In this document: positions 14,051 to 24,200 of the stretch, one piece after another
Position numbering within the stretch: the stretch's first letter is position 1
How the letters are laid out: each line of letters opens with the position of its first letter
Origin: Cycas panzhihuaensis
Taxonomy: Eukaryota; Plantae; Cycadophyta
NCBI GenBank assembly: GCA_023213395.1
Contig: CM041465.1
Location: 96,107,741-96,171,740, forward strand
Direction of reading: 5' to 3'
Length of the DNA: 64,000 nt
Notes under the pieces: generated by a model
Told to the model about the DNA's origin: nothing
Database searches by the model: none
What the model saw: the letters and a program-made list of their open reading frames with translations, nothing else
Position numbers and translations under genes: made by a program

Positions 14051-16627
14051 TGGACGTGCGTCTATGGGATAGCTACCTAACTAATAGGTGTGGTGAGAGT
14101 GGGTGATGATATGATCGAAGGAGAGACCTATGAGGAAAGTAATTACCACACAGAGTGCCACGTACGCCAGAGCGCGAGTTCGGGACCTGCAATGGAATAT
14201 GGCTACTAAAAAGTGATCCTCCACCACTTCAAACAAAGGGTGAAGAGGCGTAGGGTTAGCCTGGGTTGACCTAGGGACAGGATTCTCCCACCCTTGGATG
14301 GCCAGAAGGGGAAGGAGAAGATCCAAGAAAATAGGTCAAGGGTGTGCCTAAACAAGCTAACTGGGTACACAAGCAACACAGGAGGCAAGAAACTTATGCA
14401 GCTAAGGAGAGGAGGAAAGGTGAAAAGGGTGGTTCCTATAGCCTTTCCTATGGGTAACAAAGATGCAAGTAATAAAACAAATAAAGCATAACCAAAAACA
14501 AAGTCAAATTTCCCTTTTGTTTTCCAATGTGTTAATTACTAAGAAAAAGTTCAAAAGGAAAAAGTCAGGTGGAGTAAGGCGTGCACCTGGACCAAGGGCG
14601 CACGTGACGAGGGCCTTCTCGAGGGGCACCAAACTACTCCACATGGTGCGTTGGATGCGAAGCATCGCGGCGGATTTGGAAGAGGGGCTCCCTTACCTTC
14701 CCCGGAAAAATACCAAATACGATGCCAAGGAAAGAAAGCAAGTAAATGCTAATAACTAAAGAAGTACGAAAGTATGATGTACATGAGAGCACTCACCAGC
14801 AACGGAGCTAACGGATAATATCCTTCGCGCTCTCCAAGCACCTGCAGACAACGGCAACCTCCCCCTTTCTGGGGAAAAGGTACTAACATGCAATAGCGAG
14901 ATTCTAACAATATATGTCTATATAATACAAATATAAGTCTAAACACATATATGTTAGTATCAACCCAACGATGATAGTATATAAAAGAGGGTAACCAAAG
15001 CGAAGGTAAATGACCGGTAAGCCTCAGAGTGGCCCACCTCTTGCAAAGAACACCCTAACCCCCCCCCCCCCCCCCCCAAAAGCCACAGGGCAGTGAGGGC
15101 AAGGCCAAGAGAGATGGCTAGAAATGGCAACAAGGAGGTGAAGAGGAGCCAAAGAACACCTACGGCGAACCGGGATGCTATGAAGAGAAAATCGGGCAGC
15201 CAGGAAGAGAGTTGGACAAGGACTAGCAGACTGACGCAAGTTGCCCAAACCTGAACCTAAGCCCTCAAACTAGCGCTGCAACGTGTGACAGTGCTAATTT
15301 CAGTGGCTAAGAGAGGGCCAACAAACCCTTGTTTAAGTGCCAAGGACAGCACAAGGCGAGAGGGAGGATTTGGGGGGCTTTAAGCCGCTTGAGGAGCATG
15401 GAAGGTGGTACGGAATCCACCCAGCTCCTTCCCAAAGTCTATGCCAACCCTCAACGCCATTGCCTTGAGCAACAAACGTAGGTAAGAGGCGTTATGATAG
15501 AGGTAAAACAACCCACTAAAAAGAAGAAAACCAAACTCACAAGGACAAGCAGGGAGCAAGCAAGATGGAGCATCAATATCATAAGAAAAGCAATTCAACT
15601 CAAGAAATACCTGAGCGGGAGAGGCAAGGGGCTTGCCTTAGCCAAGATCTGGTGAGGAGGGGCTAAGAAATCAGCCCAGATCTATGGTGTAGTAGGTTTG
15701 GGATCCTGCTAAGGGAGTTGGAAGGAGAACACCTGCACTTGGAACGCTTGAAGACTGCCCGGGGCAAGAATCTACTGAAATCTCTCCAAGGGGCCCTCTC
15801 CAAGGTGTGTGAGGGGCTGGGAAGATGTCCTAGCCACACTGAAGGAGAGTTGGGCATTGTAGGAGAGATGGAGGTCCTGTGGTAGCAGCAGGGCAGCAGA
15901 GAAGAGCAGAGCACAGCGTTGTTTCCTTGAGGAGCAATCCAAAAGTGAGCGAAAAAGTTCTTAAAAATGAGTCAAAAATGACTTAAGTACTCAACCCAAA
16001 TCCTAAAGCGAGTGATTAGGGTGCGGCTGGAAGAGAGTTAAGTCACGAGCCATATGGCAGTTTCGCAATAAATGCGAAATTACCACGGTGGATTTTAAAA
16101 AATAAATTAGAACAGTTGTACCACCGCAAACTCCACGGTACCGCGAATATTTCGTGATCTGGCAAAATTCTGCCATGCAGACCCATAGGCAAAATAGGCT
16201 GACCCGGTAGCTTAAATTTGAGGCGGGGCGATAAAAGGGCCAATAGGGGCTAAGACACCTACCAGGGGTAAACAAGCCAACAAAGCAGTCCAATAGAGCA
16301 AAAATAGGGCTCAAACAAAGGTGGCAAGTCAACCAAACAATGACGGGTCATCACTGCAGGCGGAGGTGGCGAGTGGATCCTGGAGGGAGGAGGACAGATG
16401 CGGGAAGTGAAGTGGCCACCAGGGTGCCACACTCGCTGGGAGTGTGCCCCTGCTATAGTCGTCATAGGCTAAGATAAGTGTAGACGAGGACAAAGTCGCC
16501 TACAATGCCACACACATGCAGACATGCAAGCAAACACTCATCAAATGAAAGTGATGATAAGGCGAGAAACATACCTATACTTACCTAAGTCGGTGATTCC
16601 GTATCCATTCCTGGAAGCTGGGAAACA
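14051..16627 (-). repeat. Element C 3' LTR (2577 bp)
   Basis: Direct repeat of 28084-30645; preceded by the PPT on the minus strand. Confidence 0.95.
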
Positions 16628-16639
16628 CTGCCCCCTTGG
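16628..16639 (-). promoter_or_regulatory. Polypurine tract of element C
   Basis: Minus strand CCAAGGGGGCAG followed by TGTTTCC. Confidence 0.88.
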
Positions 16640-17040
16640 CAGCAGAGCCTCACCGCTCGGAAGCCTGGTGCGATGGCGAATGCTGGCAACACAACTATCA
16701 GTAGTAGATGTGTATATAGATATATCAATCAAGATCATAATAGTAGGTAAGGGTGCCAGCGAGTGTCGTGGCAGAACACGTGGATACGAAAGCGGTGATG
16801 GAGATAACATAGGGGCTGCCTATGAGCCACCTAGGAACCGACTAGAAAACTAAGAAAGGTGAGGGGGCTGCCTCCACCACAAAAGATGCGGAAGAGCATG
16901 CATAATCAAGTGAAAGAGAAAGCAAAGGGTAGGTACTATAGTTTTACCTCATTAGTAACCAGGTTTCGGAGGTGCGAATGGATCGCGAAGCAAAGTGTGA
17001 GATGGCCTAGGGCTTGAGCGACAGGAGGGCGAGACAAGCC

Positions 17041-17460
17041 TCAGGGACGGTCAGCAAGGAGAGGAAGGCGGTGCTTAAGGATGAGGCGAACGAGACTATC
17101 TGCCTTAGCGTTGAGGGCGCGAGGGATATGCTGGATATCGACAGAAGAAAAGTAGGCCAGGAGAGATCCGGCGTGAGCAAGAGTCCTCAAGTGAGGGCAT
17201 CGCACCTAGTAAACCTGGGTGAGATGAGACACCATAACTTGAAAGTCGCAAAGCAGAACGATGGATCCGTGATGGAAACAGAGGGCATCAGTAAGGGCTT
17301 CAATAACAGCTATATATTCAGCTTCATTGTTAGTAGCCTCTGGGAGGAAGATCCTAGAGCGGAGGAGATCGTGTCTAAAAGGGCTACGGAGAATCCATGC
17401 AGTGGCAGAAGGTCCAGGATTACCGTGGCTTTCACCGTCGGTGAAGATGTAGATGGACAT
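17041..17460 (-). pseudogene. Element C stand-alone archaeal-type RNase HI (139 aa, one internal TAG)
   Basis: MSIYIFTDGESHGNPGPSA...TNNEAEYIAVIEAL...LCDFQVMV...QHIPRALNAKADSLV; all four D-E-D-D carboxylates present; single internal stop at 17206-17208. Confidence 0.93.
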
Positions 17461-17977
17461 AGGTGACACAAAATCGAGGCAATCAATGGGCAATGAAAGC
17501 AACACTCGAAAGGCAAGTAGAAAGTGGTTGTGAAGGGTAGGAGGACCTAGCAAAGAGGTTACCCAGGGTGAGAGCAAGCAATCTGATCACCAGTGGAGAG
17601 TGGTCGGAAGAAAAAGCCTCATGAGGCACCAAAAGGTCGCTTTAGAAAGCAAGACATGCCCCCAAGCAGGGGAGCATTCCCTTTGGGGGCCACAAGAGCA
17701 AGAAAGGGCTGCAGAAACGAGTCCAGGGCGACGAAATGAGCCAAACAAGTATAAACTCAGGCACGCATGGGAGTTGTGCGTAAAACGATGCAGAAGGGCC
17801 CTAGCAAAAGCGTGGTAATGAGGCACCATAAATGCCCTTGCAAGGGAGGGCAAAAAGGGCCTCAATAGAGCACAATGGGCGACAGGGCCAGAAGGCAAAG
17901 GTGACTAGGGCAACGAGACAGTCCCAATGGCTGTCGTGGGGCCAAAAACGGAGGGAGTGCCCGTTGGGGGCCCCGCC

Positions 17978-17984
17978 TATATAA
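17978..17984 (+). promoter_or_regulatory. Candidate TATA box of the antisense PMD gene
   Basis: GCCTATATAAGGAAA ~160 nt upstream of the exon-1 ATG; identical in B at 34373-34379; not conserved in A or D. Confidence 0.65.
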
Positions 17985-18142
17985 GGAAATTAACGGGAAA
18001 ATGGATTCATATTCACCGGCTGTCATACGAAACCAGAGCCATTTCCCTACATAGCAAAGCGCCACCCAACTTTGGAGGCACGCAGAGAGAGATCGGACAG
18101 TCAGATCGAGGCGGAGAGCCAACACCGGCCAAGCAGGACGAC

Positions 18143-20542
18143 ATGGCGATAGCGAGACCGGATCCAGTGAGTGGATATCACTAAACCCAGCCCATTTCAA
18201 AGTTCAAAGTTCATTGGTTTTTTTTACAGTTTTTGCATGGTTTTAGTGCCCCTTATGGGTAACCGGAGGCCTCTCAGAGTCTGAATCGGACCCAGAAAGA
18301 GGTAGGGACCTGGGCATTAGGGAGCCACAGTCTGGTCCCGTGGGTACCAGGGTCCACCGGAAGAATTTTTATTTTTAGGCGTAAATCCCTCTTTGGGGGG
18401 TCGCCATTCGTACCGCGGTAATGATCGCGATGCCGTGATCATTACCGTGGGACCCGATCACTGCGGGACCCGTGCCAAACTTAGTGGTACCACTAAGTTT
18501 GGCACTGACGGGCGTAAAAATAGGTACGAGGGCCAAAAGAGCCCCAAATCTCAAGCAGAGAGAGATTTGAGAGAGTGAGGGATGACAGTGACTGACGTGA
18601 AGCTAACTTTGATTATTTTTGGTGTGAACAGGCTGTCATCGCGGTAGATAACAGCGAGAACATGGGTATGGCCATGTTGAGCTACATGGAGATGGCGACA
18701 CAGGAGGATAGGGAGATCCTACAGAGGTGTAGCCTATACAAGGCCCTCAAGACACCTCAATATGCATCAGATCAGAGATTGTTGGTTGACATAGTGTCTG
18801 ATTGGGACAGGAGGAGACATGTGTTCCACCTACCACAGGTAGGTGATGTGACGTTCACGCCGAGAGATATCCGGCGGATACTAGGAGTTCCGGCGACAGG
18901 GAGGCTAGTGAGACTAGGGACGCTGCTTGCATCGAGGCGGCGCAGTGCAACCCTGTTCTTCATAGGAGCTGACAGATAGGAGGCGGAGGAGCCCCTCCGC
19001 ATCTTGATGTCAGGGATTCCTCGAGTGAGGAAAATGGTTATAATGTGCGTTCTGTTCTGGATTTCCTGGAAACATAACTATAGGGAGGTACCAAGTGGGT
19101 GGTTAGATGCAGTTCGCCACTGTGAAGCCGACGAGAGGATGGACTGGGCGACCCTGATAGTAGTGAACCTTGTCGCCCAGCTAGATACTATCAGGATATC
19201 CGGCAGAGGTGGGTTGTCATATAGCACACTGTTGCAGTGTTGGTTCTTCGATCACTTCGCGACAGTGGCACCAGTGGGGGGACCACAGCCCATCACAGAG
19301 TAGGCCCTGATGGTCCACAGGTGGCAAACTCAACTAAGAGCGATAGAGGATAAGGCCCATGTCTGATGATCAGTGGAGGCTACATCACTAGACCTCCTCA
19401 CCCTACCAGACTACATAGCAAAGCCCTATAGGATAGTGAGGTGGGATAGTGACGACGAGGTGGGCAGAGCAGGAGTGCCTACAGGCGATGACAGTGGGGA
19501 TGACGGAGATGATGGAGATTATGGCGATGACAGGGCCAGCTCGTCATGACCTGCAGGGGAGGCAGGTCCCTCAGGGACAGCAGGAGGCGCAGAGGGTCCA
19601 TTCGGGGCTGCCAAAGGAGAGGCAGGACCGTCAGGAGCGCAGGGCGAGAGCAAGGGACCCGTGACCAGGGCCCACAGGCTGCAGATCGTGATGGGATCCA
19701 GAGGGACGAGAGCTGGGCACACCCTTGCGAGGAGGGAGGCCCAAGCAGAGGAGGTGCCAGAGGACGAGGTACCCATGGCTGGCGGAGAGCCAGGAGGGGA
19801 GGATGCCGCACGACCAAAGGAGCTGGCGGCCACAGCAGGTGAGACCTAACCCTTTCTAGAGTCATTTAGTATCCAGATAGATGTTTAGTTTGGTTTGATC
19901 ATGGTATATGGTGAGATATAAACTGACACATGGCATGTTGTATTGGCAGGTGCAGCGGAGATCCGGAGATTGATAGAGGCTGTGGCAAGGGAGATATTCC
20001 CTCAGGTATACGCAAAGGGGCAACCACCCATCCAGGCAGGAGATGAGCCTAGAGTGGCAGGTGCCCACACAGAGGCATTCGCCCCATTGGTGAGGGCAAG
20101 AGACACATGGTCTGTAGAGTCCCAAGAGCACGTGACATCCCAGGGACGACTGCAGTAGGAGAGGGATGATGCGAGATGCGAGAGGGATGAGCTACACGGA
20201 CGGGTATAGGCTCTAGAGGCACAGAGCGGAGCAGGCGGAGATGTCGAGAGCATGACACAGCTAGCAGTGCTCACAGAGTGTCTCAGGGGAATAGAGGAAG
20301 CACTCCAGGGAGAGAGGGATCGTATCCAGGCCCGATATGATCAACTGGTAGCACAGATGGTATCGAGGTCAAGCCGGAGTAGGACACATACCCTCACGGT
20401 GGCGATGACCCCGAGACAGTCGAGAGATAAGGAGAGCGAGGCGGGCAGCTCGCGGAGGCCCAGGAGGAGCCTTGGAGGCATGTGGTCCCCAGGAGAGGGA
20501 TCACAGAGACCAGGAGATGGTACCCTAGGAGCGGGGCAATAG
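18143..20542 (+). pseudogene. Element C antisense 3-exon gene (18143-18166, 18632-19838, 19950-20542), ~607 aa: Plant Mobile Domain, acidic/Gly-rich linker, coiled coil
   Basis: LLVDIVSDWDRRRHVFHLPQVGDVTFTPRDIRRILGVPATG and DWATLIVVNL...LLQCWFFDHF match PMD (PF10536) motifs; GT-AG introns with CTAAC/CTGAC branch points keep the frame; 7 in-frame stops, no frameshift. Confidence 0.9.
18472..18505. repeat. Perfect 34-bp palindrome in PMD intron 1
   Basis: GTGCCAAACTTAGTGGT|ACCACTAAGTTTGGCAC. Confidence 0.95.
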
Positions 20543-20675
20543 TAGAGTAGGATATGTATATATGGTTTTGACAGGGGAAAGCACGGCCTCTAGGGGGTCA
20601 TATATAGGATCATATGATTGTACCCCCCCTACAAGGACACCAGCTTCCTAGATGTATGATGTGACATGATTTTTG

Positions 20676-20680
<5 letters not shown>

Positions 20681-20731
<51 letters not shown>
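20681..20731. repeat. (TA)25 microsatellite in the PMD gene 3' UTR
   Basis: Read directly. Confidence 0.97.
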
Positions 20732-20733
<2 letters not shown>

Positions 20734-21245
20734 GGTAATTGGAACCCCATTTGGATATGAGATGCTGTGTATAGGTCATGTGTGGTAGACATGTATGTTT
20801 ATTTTGTGCATTATAAATGTTATGCTATGGATATTTTATGTTGTGAATATTTTATTGTATGATGCACATGTTTCCTTCCATGTATGGCTATATGTCTAAC
20901 AGGAGCACACACACACGTCGTGAGCAGAACAACAGAGAGGTGTAAGGTTAGAGGATAGAGCGGCATACACGTCTACGGAAGAGCATAGCGAAATATGCGA
21001 AGGAAACGACAGGTAGGAAAGAGAAGCGACCATGCTCCCAAGCATCTTCCTGATTAGGGAATGCCCAAGCAGGATGACAAAAGTTCCCGAGAGGGTACGG
21101 GAACACAGGTTCCATGGAAGGAACCGGAAAGAGGAAGAAGGATCCATCTTAAATTGCCATTCTACCCGTGGTTGGGAAGAATGGGGACAACCTAAGATGG
21201 TAGTTTAGGCTCATTTCATAGCAGGGCGAAGGGATCATTGAAAGA

Positions 21246-24200
21246 TCACGCATAAAACTTCTTAAGGAATTTCCCATTAACAGCTTTCTCAAATTCAAGC
21301 CCTTCTAGGGTGGCTATCCTGTAGGTACCATTATCAAGGGATTCGATAATGATGAAAGGACCAACCCATCGGGGTTTGAACTTGGTCAAATGGTCATGGA
21401 GATATTCGAGCTTGAGGACGTGGTCCCCAGGAAACAAAGGGCGGGAACGAAGATGTTTATCGTAGGCCCTCTATGAGTGGGCTTTAGATGCCAGGTTAGC
21501 CTGATAGGTGGCTAAGCGTCTCTCATCCAAAGCTTCAAGGTCAAGCAAGCGAGCCTGACGGATCGATTCTTCGTCGATGAAACCTCGAAGGGAGACTCGC
21601 AAGGAAGGAATCTCCACCTCCAGCAGGAGTACCGCCTAATCTTCAGACCCGGGGAGGCAGGGTCATTCCCGTGGCGGAACGGATAGAGGTGTGGTAAGCC
21701 CACAAGGAGGAGGGCAACTGAAGGTGCCAATCCTTTTGGGATTGAGCAACGATTTTCTTGAGAATGTTGACAAGAGTCTTCTTAAAAGACTCCACTTGGC
21801 CATTTGCTTGAGGGTAGTAAGGGGAGGAAGTCTTATGAGAAATTTCAAACTTCTCACAAAGCTCATCCATCTCCTTATTACAGAAAAGAGTTCTATTATT
21901 AGTGATTAAGACGTCCAGAATTCTAAAACGGCAAATGATATGCTGCTAAATGAATGTGGCAATTATTTTGCCAGGAGTAGTGATCAAGGGAATGGCCTCC
22001 GACCATTTGGTAAAATACTCCGTGGCAGTCAAGATAAACTTGTGCTGCGACGAAGAAGGTGGGGAGATAGCCCCAATGAGGTCTAGTCCCCACTGAGTGA
22101 GAGGCCATGGCGAAACAATGGGATGCAGGGCCTCGGAAGGCACATGGGAAATGTTGGCGTGTTCCTGACATTGCTGACATTTCAAAGTAAAGGCGTGAGC
22201 ATCCTTAAAGAGGGACGGCCAAAAATAACCCATGTAGAGGATCCTCTGAGCCATAGACTGGCCCCCAAAGTGACCTCCACAAATGCCGTGGTGGCATTCG
22301 CGAAGCACCTGGTCGCCTTCATGCAAGAGTGAGGAGGATCCCATCGAAGGACCTCTTGTATAATACCTCATCCACGAGGAGGTATTACCTGGCAGAAGTC
22401 TGGATATGAGATCTAACTTTACTACTAGCGTCGGGGCGGTATTGCTGCTGTGTAAGATACCACACTATGTCACCATACCATTCATCGTCAATGAGTGGAT
22501 GGGGAGAAGCTCCCTAAATCGTCAAGATAGACTCATCTGGGAGAGAATCGTCAACGAGAGTACCAAAGAAGTTAGGGATAGGGGCATCCGCGAGTTGCTC
22601 GGCTACTATCATTCCCTTCTTTGATTTCTAGTTAACGATATGGAGGTCAAATTCTTGGAGTAGGACGGCCCAACGACCAGCCCTACCCATCAAATCTGAA
22701 CGAATTAGCAAGTATTGCAAAGGATCGGATTGAACGATCACCTTGGTGGTGTTGCCAAGCAAGTAGTGCCTGAACTTCTTAGTCGCATGGTCCAAGGAGA
22801 GGCATTCCTTCTCGGCGAGAGAATAGTTAATCTCAACAGCCACAAGAGTGCGACTGATGAAATATATAGCTCTCTCGGTTCCTGAGTCATCCTCCTGAGC
22901 TAGCATGGCGCCCAAGGATTCGTCAGTCGCCGAGGTGTATAGGACGAAGGGCCTATCGAATCGAGGAGGTGCCAACGTAGGAGCGGAAGCTAGGGCTTCC
23001 TTAAGTCCTTCGAAGGCCTTTTGGGTCTTGTCAAACCAGGCAAAATGAGCTCCCTTCTTCAATAGGTTCATGAGGGGTTTAGCGCTTACAGTGAAATCGG
23101 CTAAGAAGCGCCTAAGAAAACCAAGCCTCCCTAGAAACGACTTAATCTGTCGTTGAGTTCTAGGTGGCGGCATGTCAAGGATTGCCCTGACCTTATCAGG
23201 GTCAATCTGAATTCCTTGTTTGGGTACAAGGAAACCAAGGAGTTTACCCGAGGTAACGGCAAATACACACTTGAGCGGATTTAGACTGACGTGATACTTG
23301 CGGTATCGTGAAAAGATGGCGCGCAAGTCGGAAGGGTGATGGGCCCTAATGCGGGAGAGACCCATCATATCGTCCATGAAGACCTCCAATGTGTTATCAA
23401 TGAGGTCATGGAAAATGAAATGCATGGCTCTTTGGTAAGTAGCACCTGCATTCTTAAGGCCAAAGGGCATCGCCTTGTAGGCGAAGGTACCCCAAGGAGT
23501 AGTGAAGGCCGTCTTATGGCGGTCTTCGGGAGAAATTTAAATTTGGTTAGAGCTGAAGAAGCCATCCATTAAGGACATCACTTCAAATCTGGTGGTGTGA
23601 TCAATGATTTGATCAAGGAAGGGTAACAGGAAATTGTCCTTGGGACAAGCATTATTGATGTCATGAAAATTGACACATATACAGATTACCCCGTTCTTTT
23701 TAGCAATGGGGACGATGTTGGAGACCCACTTAGGGTAGTTAATGGAAGTGATAAGCCCAGCGTCTAGAAGCTTCTCAACCTCCATTTTGACGGCGGTAGA
23801 GAGCTTTAGGTGAAGGGGACGCTGCTTCTGGCACACAGGGTGGGCGCCAGGAATGGTGGTGAGGTTATGAGTGACAATGGAGGGGTCAATTCCCTTCATG
23901 TCAGCATAATCCCATGTGAACACGTCTCGGAACTCCTGGAATAGAAAGGAGTACTCCCTTATCTCATCAAGGGAACATTCCAACCTAACCTTAATGACCT
24001 TGCCCGGGGCCAAGACTATGTCTTGGGTTGCCCCCATGCACATGGCATTGCCCTCCTTGAAGTGGAGAGGGGCAAGATCAATGGGAGGAGGAGGAATAAG
24101 AGACGAGATCAGATCGGGAAGCGTGGATCCGATCGTGAGGATCTTCTGGTGACCAAGCATGTGGTGACTAGAAGGCAAGTTGGGCGTAAAACCTGCCAGA

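Noticed and set aside
14081-16465. ORFs duplicated in both LTRs of C as real genes
   Set aside because: Duplication simply reflects LTR identity; no recognisable domains and no counterpart in the LTRs of A or B
19550-19660. Collagen-like Gly-X-Y domain
   Set aside because: The triplet register breaks after about four repeats; better read as a GEAGPSG low-complexity linker
18143-20542. A host MAIN/MAIL1 gene or an env gene
   Set aside because: It lies at the same internal position in four TE copies and decays with them; it is antisense and has no evident signal peptide or env-like membrane anchor
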